The notes below the pieces were generated by a model, which made no database searches, was not told where the DNA came from, and saw only the letters and a program-made list of their open reading frames with translations. From assembly GCA_050179755.1 (NCBI GenBank), contig JBFXEV010000001.1, forward strand, positions 521,994-585,993: a stretch of 64,000 nt of DNA. Reading direction: 5' to 3'. A program made the translations under genes and the position numbers. Positions within the stretch are counted from its first letter, which is position 1. The number at the start of each line of letters is the position of its first letter. This document shows positions 40,717 to 49,793 of the stretch, one piece after another. This DNA comes from Candidatus Babeliales bacterium. GTDB lineage: Bacteria; Babelota; Babeliae; Babelales; JBFXEV01.

Positions 40717-41085
40717 TGGTGGAGGCGATGGGAATCGAACCCATGTCCGCATAACAGCAAACATAAAGCGCTACATGCTTAGTTTTCTTTAATACTTATA
40801 GAACACCCTGAAAACTTGGGTATTGTTATATAAGCCAGTTGTGTGATACAAATTTGCTATACAACTAAAAATCCTTGCAAAAAGGTTCTATCTGATTAAT
40901 ACGAATGTGGCCAACTGATAGACACGTTAGACACATAAGAACTTAAGCTACTGCTAGAGCAGAGCTGAAGTTAGTGAGATTAATATCTGCACTTATTGTT
41001 TTGATCACAGGTTTATCGAGTCTGTTGATCAAGGCTCGGCATGCTCTCTATGCGTCCTATAACACGTCGAAGCCAGGACGCCCCC
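40717..41085 (-). ncRNA. ssrA: tmRNA
   Basis: 5' GGGGGCGTCCTGGCTTCGAC; 3' GGACATGGGTTCGATTCCCATCGCCTCCACCA; G3-U acceptor pair; tag ORF 40990-40943 ADINLTNFSSALAVA*. Confidence 0.95.
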
Positions 41086-41303
41086 AATAATTTCAAAGAA
41101 TTTAATAGATTAGTATTACTAATTGTAATGATATCTACAGGTTTGTCAATTGGCTTAATATTGTTGGTTAGCTGTTTTTTAGGGTAGCATTGCATTATTG
41201 TTTAGTTCCTTTGACGCGGCCTATGTTTTTTTGTTACGATAGCAGTGCCTTTGTAAAAAAATAATAATGTAAAGATCTTAATCTATATGGGCTGAGTTAG
41301 ACA

Positions 41304-42323
41304 TTGAAGTTGCAAAATAATACGTCATTTAAACAAGCGTCTCTTGGTATACTTTTATTTTTTATGTGCACAATCATGCGCTCAATGGATCATGCATATA
41401 TTAGCGCTTGTGTAGCACAAGATAGCAACAGTGATCTTGCGTATGAGCAACTACTATCGGCTATTTATAATGATCGCATAGAAGTTGCAAGATCTGTGTT
41501 TGCACAAAGTGTTGCCATTGATTTTGAATCTCCACAGTATAGGGATTTGTGGCATAGTGTGCTGGAGTTAAAACACTGTGAATTTATAAGTTTGTTTTTA
41601 AAACACGGGGCATTACCTAATGTGTTATTTCCTGTAGAGAATAATGGATTGCCTTATGCGCCATTATCTGTAGCATTTTCATTTTGTGATGTTGCCAGTG
41701 CTCAATTGCTTATTGATCATGGTGCGGATTATAAATTTGCTGTTGCGCCAGGTAAAACTGTATTATGTGGTTGTATTAATTGGCTTATTACGGAAGCTGA
41801 TGCTGGCTTTGATGTTGCGGCATACTTGGAAATATTGAGGCTCATGTTGCATAGCGCACCTTTTAGGCAAGTGCATAAAGAAGTTTCTAATCTTTCGCGT
41901 CAAAGAATAAAAACAGCTTTGCTTACTTTTAATCGTTTTCGTGTGCCAACAGTAGTTGTTCCTAAGATTTTGGCTTATGTGCCTGAAGATATTTGTAGTC
42001 CGGGCCAGCTTAGATATGTTTTGTATGATGCTGGTATGAAAGATTTACTTGCTCAGTGCCCACTTGCTTGGTTTAAAATGGTTTATCAAAAGTTGCCTGA
42101 TAAGAAAAAAAGGAGGTTCATAAATAAAGTGGTGCCAGGGGTTGCGCAATATCGGTTAAATAGTATGCAAGCAGTATTATCTGCGCAAGCTTTTAAAGAA
42201 CTTGATATAAGCAGCTTAGATCCTAAGCTTATAGCTTTGCTTGATTCAGGCAATGTGGAACAGCATCGTGCTGCGATTATGCAGAACATTATGAAAGCAT
42301 TTGTTGACTTGTCTGGTGATTAG
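41304..42323 (+). CDS. Ankyrin-repeat protein
   Basis: FLKHGALPN, APLSVA..AQLLIDHGAD, GKTVL; signal-like N-terminus. Confidence 0.75.
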   Translation: MKLQNNTSFKQASLGILLFFMCTIMRSMDHAYISACVAQDSNSDLAYEQLLSAIYNDRIEVARSVFAQSVAIDFESPQYRDLWHSVLELKHCEFISLFLKHGALPNVLFPVENNGLPYAPLSVAFSFCDVASAQLLIDHGADYKFAVAPGKTVLCGCINWLITEADAGFDVAAYLEILRLMLHSAPFRQVHKEVSNLSRQRIKTALLTFNRFRVPTVVVPKILAYVPEDICSPGQLRYVLYDAGMKDLLAQCPLAWFKMVYQKLPDKKKRRFINKVVPGVAQYRLNSMQAVLSAQAFKELDISSLDPKLIALLDSGNVEQHRAAIMQNIMKAFVDLSGD

Positions 42324-42356
42324 TTCGTGAATAAATAATAAAATTAGTGTTGTGAT

Positions 42357-42812
42357 CTAACGCATTAGTGTCTGAAATAATGGTACGATAGTTTTTATTT
42401 GGTTATCAGTAAGCCTTGCAAAAAATTGTATATCAGCTTGCTCCACAGCAGGCATTGCTTGTGCAAGTGTAGTGGATCCTAGTTCCGTAAGCACGGGGTT
42501 TTTGCTTCTTTCATCAATTGAATGTTTTCGCTTGATAAACTTTTTGGCTTCAAGACCGCGTAATATTTGTGATGTACTATTTGGGTCTAAAGCTGCCATT
42601 CTGCCAACGTCAATTTGGCTTACCTTGTTGCCTTCTTTGGTTAACCATGCAAGTGTTGCAAGCACTACAAACTGGGGATGAGTTAAATCTAGTGGTTTTA
42701 GTACTTTTTCGATTGAGCTGCGCCATTGCGTGCTCACGCGCCATAACAGATATCCTGGGCTTTCTTCTGGTGATTTATAGAGACTTATATGTTTAAAATT
42801 AATTTCATTCAT
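42357..42812 (-). CDS. MarR family transcriptional regulator
   Basis: SPGYLLWRV, LDLTHPQFVVL, SQILRGLE.K, D.R..LT..G. Confidence 0.92.
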   Translation of the reverse strand: MNEINFKHISLYKSPEESPGYLLWRVSTQWRSSIEKVLKPLDLTHPQFVVLATLAWLTKEGNKVSQIDVGRMAALDPNSTSQILRGLEAKKFIKRKHSIDERSKNPVLTELGSTTLAQAMPAVEQADIQFFARLTDNQIKTIVPLFQTLMR

Positions 42813-43239
42813 CTAAAATAATTCCCATATTGTGTGCTATTAACTTGAAATCTTGATCTGCTATTTCAAAACATCCTCTTTTGAAGGGAAACCCCCAACT
42901 CTTTTTATTCTTGATAAAATCAAGATCATTAATGAGTGGTTCAATTGAAACATCTTGCGCAGATTTAAAGGTAACATCTCTACGCCAAGGAGTAAAATCG
43001 GCACTCATGCAAAATTCATACGGATCTTTTTTGTTTATCATGCCAAGGGCGGTAAACTTTCTGCAAGGCGTTTTTTCCCCAAAGATCTCAACAGGTGAAT
43101 AATATATAATCCAATCTCCTGGCGCCATGCGTTTTAATGGCGCTCCTTTACCATGGCACACTTGCGCGTATCCACCTTTTACACCCATTTTAACATGCTC
43201 GCGACTTGCAACGGCGATCCAATATTTTTTAGCCATCAC
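42805..43239 (-). CDS. EVE domain-containing protein
   Basis: YWIAVASREHV..G..GGYAQVCHGK..PLKRM..GD..YYSP, PWRR.V. Confidence 0.9.
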   Translation of the reverse strand: MMAKKYWIAVASREHVKMGVKGGYAQVCHGKGAPLKRMAPGDWIIYYSPVEIFGEKTPCRKFTALGMINKKDPYEFCMSADFTPWRRDVTFKSAQDVSIEPLINDLDFIKNKKSWGFPFKRGCFEIADQDFKLIAHNMGIILDE

Positions 43240-43604
43240 TCACCCATTAGTTTATAGATCCTAATTCTATGACCATCAGGGTCAAGGGCAACAAAGGTTC
43301 GCCCAAAATCCATATCAGTTGGTTTTTGAATCATGGTTATTCCTTGGGCGCCCAACACATCAAAGGCAGCATCAACGTTTTCTACTGCAAAACAGATTTC
43401 CGCGGCGCCAGGCTCATTGGAAACTATTGGCTCGGCTGTGTACCGCGACCAAAGGCCAAGCATCACCCCATTGGTGAGAGCAAACATGGCAAATGTTGGC
43501 GATTGTTCAATGGGTTTAGTGTTAAAAAGTTTACTGTAAAAAGCCGCGCTTATAGCGGGATTTTCTACAAATAATAGTATAAATCCTAATTTTGGTTTAA
43601 TCAT
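43236..43604 (-). CDS. VOC (glyoxalase/bleomycin-resistance) family protein
   Basis: LFVENP..SAAFY, SPTFAMF, LGLWS, PTDMDFGRTFVALDPDGHRIR. Confidence 0.9.
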   Translation of the reverse strand: MIKPKLGFILLFVENPAISAAFYSKLFNTKPIEQSPTFAMFALTNGVMLGLWSRYTAEPIVSNEPGAAEICFAVENVDAAFDVLGAQGITMIQKPTDMDFGRTFVALDPDGHRIRIYKLMGE

Positions 43605-43647
43605 AAGAATCTTTCTTTCTTGCTGGGAGGTGATCTATCTAATCATA

Positions 43648-43677
43648 AGTATAATACGTATACGTATTATTTGTCAA
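43648..43677 (-). promoter_or_regulatory. Sigma70 promoter overlapped by a perfect 20-bp palindromic operator (probable MarR site)
   Basis: TTGACA-18 bp-TATACT on minus strand; ATAATACGTATACGTATTAT at 43651-43670. Confidence 0.75.
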
Positions 43678-43807
43678 TATGGTGTTCCAGGGCTAGTAAT
43701 GTTCCAGAGTACGTATCGTTCTTTGGTTATTTAAATGGACAATTTTTAAAATTATTGCTATTATAAATAATAGTTATTTTTCTTAACGTCTTAATGGTGG
43801 TTTATTT

Positions 43808-45340
43808 ATGAAATATTCATATTTATTTGGTAGTATTGGTATATTTTTTGTTATTTACAGTGCCTTTGGCATGTTTGAGCCTAAAGAGCTTTCAGCAGAT
43901 TGGCGCACGCTTGCCATACAAGATTTAGAAAAAATCCATCAGCAAATTACAGATATCCATCCCGGTGTTTTGGACCAAGATCAACTGTGCCCTCATTTTA
44001 ATGTATGGTATACGCAAGGATATGATCAAGCGCTTAAGCGAGCAGAGCAAGTGAGTGACGTGCATGGCTATGAATATGCTTTGCGTTATTATCTTAATGG
44101 TTATCAAGACAGACACGTTGCGTTATTTATGAAAAAGGAAGCATGTAAAGCTATTGCTGATCGTGCAATTACGTATCGATGGCCAGGTTTTGTTATCTCG
44201 TGGCGTAATGGCAAGTTTATTGTTTCTGCACATACTCAGCAACAAGATCAATTTGATCAGTTACCACCGCTGGGTGCTCAATTAATTACAGGTAATGGTA
44301 TTTCCCCTCAAGAATTAATGCATCAAAATATATTTCCATTCTATGGTAATGCTCAGTTTGAAGCAGATTGGATACGTTATACGCCTTCTTTGCTAATAGA
44401 TCAGCATAATCCATGGGCAGCCTCTATTTCTGAATGTGAATTTTTGATTGATGATAAGCCAGTTACATTTCCTTTAATATGGCAATCAGTTACTGATGAA
44501 ACATTCTCGTTACTTAAAAAAGCACAAGAATGCATGGAATATGAGCAACATGCGCAGTTAACATATTTTGATGAAGATTGTGTGTGGGTGCGTATACCTT
44601 CTTTTTATTTGAATACAGAAGAAGTGGTTGCAGCTATGAACAAATTGCTGTGTGATCTGGAAACGATCCGTACTGCACGCATTATAGTGCTTGATATTCG
44701 TGGAAATGGTGGTGGGGCAGATGCGTGGGGAGATAAAATAATTCTTCATTTATTTGGAACTACTGTTTACGACACTGTTAAACAAAAGCAACATGGCCAA
44801 AAGTTTGATGAACATCGAGTTTCTAAGTGCTTTATCGAAAGCACGCAAAAACATTTTGAAAATTCATGTGCGCCAGAAAATATGAAGGCTCAATGGCAAG
44901 AAATGCTTACTAATTTAAAGCAAGCATATAATGACAAAAAACAGTTTAGTCGTTTGATATATGATGAAGTGGATATGGAAGATCGTTCACGGGCCGAGGT
45001 GCAATGTACAACAAACCCTGTGAATGGAACTGTCTACTTGTTAACTGATGGTGCTGTTTGTAGTGCGTCATTAAGCTTTGCAGATCTTTGCCTTGGTGTA
45101 CCAGAAATTATTCATATAGGTCGCCCAACTGGCGGTGACACTGTTTTTATGGATTGTCTTTTTGCTCCTACTGAAAATAACAATTTTGAAGTATTGCTTC
45201 CATCACTTATTAGGCGGAAACGTATTTGTAGAGAAAACAATCAATGTTATGTGCCAAAACATACATTTACTGGTGATATGCGCGACACACAAGCATTGCA
45301 ACAATGGGTAAAAGACCTTACAAACAAAGTTGTTTCATAG
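43808..45340 (+). CDS. S41-family peptidase, secreted
   Basis: D.HPG, DRH, WPGF, VLDIRGNGGG, LTDG..CSAS..F. Confidence 0.8.
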   Translation: MKYSYLFGSIGIFFVIYSAFGMFEPKELSADWRTLAIQDLEKIHQQITDIHPGVLDQDQLCPHFNVWYTQGYDQALKRAEQVSDVHGYEYALRYYLNGYQDRHVALFMKKEACKAIADRAITYRWPGFVISWRNGKFIVSAHTQQQDQFDQLPPLGAQLITGNGISPQELMHQNIFPFYGNAQFEADWIRYTPSLLIDQHNPWAASISECEFLIDDKPVTFPLIWQSVTDETFSLLKKAQECMEYEQHAQLTYFDEDCVWVRIPSFYLNTEEVVAAMNKLLCDLETIRTARIIVLDIRGNGGGADAWGDKIILHLFGTTVYDTVKQKQHGQKFDEHRVSKCFIESTQKHFENSCAPENMKAQWQEMLTNLKQAYNDKKQFSRLIYDEVDMEDRSRAEVQCTTNPVNGTVYLLTDGAVCSASLSFADLCLGVPEIIHIGRPTGGDTVFMDCLFAPTENNNFEVLLPSLIRRKRICRENNQCYVPKHTFTGDMRDTQALQQWVKDLTNKVVS

Positions 45341-45450
45341 ACGTTTTTTTATGTTACAGTTTCCTACGTGCTTTAATGCATATGTTTCAATTATAAAACA
45401 ATGATATACTACCTTTAGAGTAATCCTATGACTTTTAAAGGAGTAAGTTC

Positions 45451-46131
45451 ATGAACCAAACTATTCAAAAAACAATTCTGTTCTGTTTAACATTGGGAGC
45501 AAATGCTTTACATGCATTTGAAGATAATAATGTAACGCGCACGTGCCCGTGTGCAATGGTCCCCGACATTACACCAGATACTAATGTAAAAAAAGTAGTT
45601 AAAGCATTCAAAGAATCAAGCCCTCGCGGTCAACGCGCACAACTTGAAGGATTTATTAATCAATATGTAGTAGAACCGTATGATGTTACTGAAGCGGTGT
45701 TACTCGCATGTGCGCGCGTGTATAGTGAGCGCATGAATAATCAAAACGTATATCACATAGCGCAAGAGTTGGTTCATGCTAAAGCAAAAAAACAAGTACA
45801 AAAAAAAGCATTACTTGCAATTGGTAAAGTGCTGAAAGGCCCAAAGGCATGCAGCGTGCGCAGTATTAATTCAGACGCTGTAGAAACTTTTAAACTTGCA
45901 ATCCCTATGCAGCAGCGCGTGTGGCTGCTGCAGTATGCTGAGCGTTATGCAAGTGATCCATCAGAGGAGTTGGAAGTAATTCTTACCGAATGTGCATCGA
46001 TATATTGTGATCGCGTGCAAAGCCAAGTGGTTAATAAGTTAGTGCAAGAGCTGATTAGTGTATTAGATAAAGATGCCATTGTAATGAAGTTGCGGCGCGT
46101 GCTTGGTTTGGGCAGAACAATACGGGAATAG
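45451..46131 (+). CDS. Secreted protein with two copies of a ~60-aa helical repeat
   Basis: Internal duplication; homologous to 46318..46842. Confidence 0.75.
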   Translation: MNQTIQKTILFCLTLGANALHAFEDNNVTRTCPCAMVPDITPDTNVKKVVKAFKESSPRGQRAQLEGFINQYVVEPYDVTEAVLLACARVYSERMNNQNVYHIAQELVHAKAKKQVQKKALLAIGKVLKGPKACSVRSINSDAVETFKLAIPMQQRVWLLQYAERYASDPSEELEVILTECASIYCDRVQSQVVNKLVQELISVLDKDAIVMKLRRVLGLGRTIRE

Positions 46132-46317
46132 TTATCGTTTTGTCATTTTAAAAATTTTCTAAAATAATATAATAAGCTATTTTGAGGCTAGATCAATTGT
46201 TTCAGTATGAATGTAACACTTGTAACTTATATATTGTTAAATGACCGGTTGTCGGATTAAAACAAAAGATGGTATACTACCCTTAATAGTAACAATTATT
46301 ACTTAAAGGAGTAATAT

Positions 46318-46842
46318 ATGAAAGTATCTTTAAAATTACTAACACTTGTGGGAGTGTTGTTATGTGTGGCGTATGCCGAAGCTGGCAGCCAAATGTGGGG
46401 CAGCAAGCAACGCCAAAAACCGGGTGTTCAAGACCGCAGTGATTGCTTATCAGTAACTGATAGATGCCGACCGTGCAACAGACCAAAACAAAAACCGAAA
46501 CCTAAAACCCAACCAGCACCGGCAACAAAAAGTGCAGCGTGTGAGCCGGCAGACCGTTGCCCCTGTAATAAACCAAAACCAAAACCAAGACCACGCTCAG
46601 AACAAGCAATGGCAGCGTTTAGAAGCGCAAGCCCTGCACAGCAACGTCAACAAATGATGGATCAAGTAAATGCGTGGATGAGCAATCCGTGTGAAGAAAA
46701 TGCTGACATGCTTATGGCGTGTGCACAGATGTGGTGTGATCGCGTTAAAAATCAAACAGTAAACAAATTAGTACAAGAAATGATGTCTTCTACTAATAGA
46801 AGTGCTGTTAAGATGAAGTTAATGCGTGTTCTTGAGGTTTAA
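46318..46842 (+). CDS. Secreted Cys/Pro/Lys-rich protein with one copy of the same domain
   Basis: DRC.PCN.PK.KPKP twice; C-terminal domain shared with 45451..46131. Confidence 0.75.
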   Translation: MKVSLKLLTLVGVLLCVAYAEAGSQMWGSKQRQKPGVQDRSDCLSVTDRCRPCNRPKQKPKPKTQPAPATKSAACEPADRCPCNKPKPKPRPRSEQAMAAFRSASPAQQRQQMMDQVNAWMSNPCEENADMLMACAQMWCDRVKNQTVNKLVQEMMSSTNRSAVKMKLMRVLEV

Positions 46843-46914
46843 TTTTACACACCCCTCGCCCTGAGTGATTTGCGAAGCAAATCGTATCGAAGGGTCTCGG
46901 CTGTTAGAGAATTC

Positions 46915-46937
46915 ATAGGGCGACGTAGTCGCCCTAT
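46915..46937. terminator. Hairpin between convergent genes
   Basis: atagggcgac-gta-gtcgccctat, perfect 10-bp stem just after the smpB stop. Confidence 0.6.
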
Positions 46938-46938
46938 C

Positions 46939-47385
46939 TTATCTTCCCCTTAATGCTCGTTCCGTTTCTCGTTTGATATCTTTTTCTTTTAATGAATGCT
47001 TTTTATCCGTAGCATTTTTGTGTTTGCATAACCCAATCTCCGCTTTTATAATACCTTTTTTATTGGCATATAATTTTAAGGGGATTAATGTTACACCCTT
47101 GCGAGACATGTCACCAATAATGCGTGCAATTTCTCTGCGGTGCAATAGGAGCTTGCGGCTTCGCGTGGGCTCTGCGCCTTTCATATACGCTTGCGCATAA
47201 GGACTTATATTGACATTAAGTAAGTAAAGCTCGCCATCCTTAAAGGTGGCATACGAGCCGCCAAGTGAGGCTTGGCCAAGTTTGATTGATTTGACCTCGT
47301 CACCAACAAGCACTATGCCTGCTTCAATAGTATCAAGTACTTGGTAATCGTGAAATGCTTTTTTGTTTTGAGCAAATATTTTCAT
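46939..47385 (-). CDS. smpB: SsrA-binding protein
   Basis: NKKAFHDY..EAGIVL.G.EVKS, RSRKLLLH..EI, G.TLIPL. Confidence 0.98.
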   Translation of the reverse strand: MKIFAQNKKAFHDYQVLDTIEAGIVLVGDEVKSIKLGQASLGGSYATFKDGELYLLNVNISPYAQAYMKGAEPTRSRKLLLHRREIARIIGDMSRKGVTLIPLKLYANKKGIIKAEIGLCKHKNATDKKHSLKEKDIKRETERALRGR

Positions 47386-47396
47386 AGAGTAATCTT

Positions 47397-47861
47397 TTAA
47401 GTTTGAGTGCGGAAGCTGTAGCAGGCGCGTAGTATAATAGGATATAATAAGACACTCACCAGAATGCCAAGTAGGTTACCGCCGATTAAAAAAGAAATCA
47501 TGCACGGTTTTGCAAAACCGGTAAATGCAGCAAATTTGTTTGAAACATAATCAAGCCACCAGGGAGTTATGTTAGCGGTTGGCAATTGAAATATGCTATG
47601 AACCAGCCAATGCCCAAAAAAATAGTCTGCCGAATATATGGGTATTGCTGTCCAGGGATTATTAATGCCATACGCCGCTGCAAACATGATGCCAAAATGG
47701 AGCCCAAAAAGCCAGGAAAATACAAACACCATAATTCCATGAAGGCCAAAAAAAGGTGAAAACGCAATATAATTGCCTAAGCAAAACGCGGCAGCAATAT
47801 GCTTTGGAGAAAGATCTTGGTTAAAAAGAGAGGCAAAAAAGTTTTTAATGCGCGTAAGCAT
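47397..47861 (-). CDS. DUF2062 membrane protein
   Basis: SP..IAAAFCLG.YIAFSP..G.H, NNPWT..PIY. Confidence 0.8.
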   Translation of the reverse strand: MLTRIKNFFASLFNQDLSPKHIAAAFCLGNYIAFSPFFGLHGIMVFVFSWLFGLHFGIMFAAAYGINNPWTAIPIYSADYFFGHWLVHSIFQLPTANITPWWLDYVSNKFAAFTGFAKPCMISFLIGGNLLGILVSVLLYPIILRACYSFRTQT

Positions 47862-48077
47862 GAGGCTCTAGGGTTAGGGGGTAGCTGAAGACGCTTTGCA
47901 ACTATGGCCTTCGTAATGTATCCTATAGTAGTAGTATATCTTTATTGTCACAAAAAAGAAGCGCATATGAGGTTTAAAAGCCTGACTGAGCGCTCAGTTC
48001 TTTGTAGTAACCTCTCAATTAAACAGGTTTAAACTGCAAAGTAGTATGAAACTTATCGTACAAGAAAGGAACTCTTT

Positions 48078-48758
48078 ATGAAATTAGCATTTTGTATGTT
48101 AGTTACTCTTTTAGTTGGTCAAGAGGTAATGGCTGCTCGCTTTTTGGGGACTGTTGTGTACCCTCAAAAAATTAAACAAACAGCTGAAATTAAGATTTTG
48201 TATAAAGGTGATGAATATGCAGTGGAGGCTGATACGGTCCCGGGCCTTGGGCATTATCAATTAATGGAGCGTCTTGACTCAAAGGAATTTTATGTTTTAA
48301 TTTCAGAGTCTCTTAAGTTGCCAAATGGTACTGGGTTTGAATGCTTTGAAACTTCAAGCCAATTCCCGTATAAATTGTTTAAAATAGCGCAATCATCTAT
48401 CATGCAACCAGATGAAAAAGGCACCATGCAACGCGTTAATGGCTGGGATATTAAAGAGCTTGACAATAAAGAGTCTCGTGAAATTCCAATTAACACCATA
48501 GTGTTTTTGCTGCCAGCAGCGTTTGTGACAGGCCTTGAATCTCAGACTTGGAGGAAAGATGACCAAGTAGCTTGGTTGCCACGCGTGGTTCTTGATGCCT
48601 CTTTAACAGAAGAGCGGCTCAAGGAAGGTGTGATTAAAATGCTGTGCACATTAATGGATTTTAAGCCGTTTCATGCACGCTTTCAACAACATGTGGCGCA
48701 AGTTGCCAGTAACTGCGTGGTTTCTATGCCACTCACACGATCGGGCGCAATAGGTTAA
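48078..48758 (+). CDS. Secreted hypothetical protein
   Basis: Signal peptide; stop lies 1 nt before the tsaD start. Confidence 0.75.
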   Translation: MKLAFCMLVTLLVGQEVMAARFLGTVVYPQKIKQTAEIKILYKGDEYAVEADTVPGLGHYQLMERLDSKEFYVLISESLKLPNGTGFECFETSSQFPYKLFKIAQSSIMQPDEKGTMQRVNGWDIKELDNKESREIPINTIVFLLPAAFVTGLESQTWRKDDQVAWLPRVVLDASLTEERLKEGVIKMLCTLMDFKPFHARFQQHVAQVASNCVVSMPLTRSGAIG

Positions 48759-48759
48759 T

Positions 48760-49776
48760 ATGGCACTCATTCTTGGTATTGAAACCTCTTGTGATGAAGC
48801 TGCATGCGCTGTATATGATTCAGAAAAGGGGATGCTTTCAAGCGTGCTGCACTCCCAAATTGAAGCGCAGCAACTCTATGGCGGCGTGGTGCCCGAGCTT
48901 GCCTCTCGTATGCATCTTGATAAAATTGATGGCATAGTAAAACTTGCTCTTGATACCGCCCAAGTAACACTAGATGATATTGATGCGATTGCCGTTACCA
49001 ATAAACCGGGCCTTCCCGGCTCACTCTTGGTGGGTCTTTGTTTTGCCAAAGGTATGGTGTGGGCGAAAGAAAAAAAATTGATTGGTGTTAATCACTTGGA
49101 AGGCCATGCATTTTCTGCGCTTATTGAAAATAAGGTGCCGTTCCCTCATCTTTGTTTAACAGCGTCTGGCGGCCATACGTCACTCTATGAAATCACTGAT
49201 TTTGGTGCGTATACGGTGCTTGGTCAAACTATGGATGATGCTGCTGGCGAGGCGTTTGATAAAATTGCAAAGCTTCTCAATATCCCTTACCCCGGTGGCC
49301 CGATCATAGAAAAATTAGCACGCGAAGTAGATTTTGAAGATTTCTTTAAATACCCCCGCGGTAAAAAAGGAATTCTTGATTTTAGTTTTTCTGGCCTCAA
49401 AACGGCAGTGCTGTATGATATGGTAAAACGTGGTTGGTATGATATGGAAAAAAAGCAGCTTGTTGCAGCTGATTTAGATACCGTACGCAAACAAGTCTCT
49501 AGCTCGCTCCTTGTCTGCATTAAAGATATTTTCTTACATAGACTTGCCTATGCTCTTGAGGTTAAACCACATATAAAAGCAGTTACCTTTGTGGGTGGTG
49601 TTGCGTGCAACAAATATATCCGTGAGCATATGCTCGCCTTTTGCAAAGAGCGTGGCTTAGAGTTCTTTGTGCCATCACCAAAATATTGCACTGATAATGG
49701 TGGCATGATTGCATTTGTGGGTAATTATAAATATCAACGTAATCAATTTGACGATCTCACGCTTGATATATGGTAA
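48760..49776 (+). CDS. tsaD: tRNA threonylcarbamoyltransferase TsaD
   Basis: LGIETSCDE, GGVVPELASR.H, NHLEGH, SGGHT, DDAAGEAFDK, FSFSGLKT, CTDNG.MIA. Confidence 0.98.
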   Translation: MALILGIETSCDEAACAVYDSEKGMLSSVLHSQIEAQQLYGGVVPELASRMHLDKIDGIVKLALDTAQVTLDDIDAIAVTNKPGLPGSLLVGLCFAKGMVWAKEKKLIGVNHLEGHAFSALIENKVPFPHLCLTASGGHTSLYEITDFGAYTVLGQTMDDAAGEAFDKIAKLLNIPYPGGPIIEKLAREVDFEDFFKYPRGKKGILDFSFSGLKTAVLYDMVKRGWYDMEKKQLVAADLDTVRKQVSSSLLVCIKDIFLHRLAYALEVKPHIKAVTFVGGVACNKYIREHMLAFCKERGLEFFVPSPKYCTDNGGMIAFVGNYKYQRNQFDDLTLDIW

Positions 49777-49793
49777 AACATCAAATCAACGCT

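Noticed and set aside
39576..40717. Integrase-type genomic island at ssrA
   Set aside because: No integrase and no duplicated tmRNA 3' end noticed
40717..40750. Stand-alone tRNA-Ala
   Set aside because: No anticodon arm; the matching 5' end is ~370 nt away with a tag ORF between, so it is tmRNA
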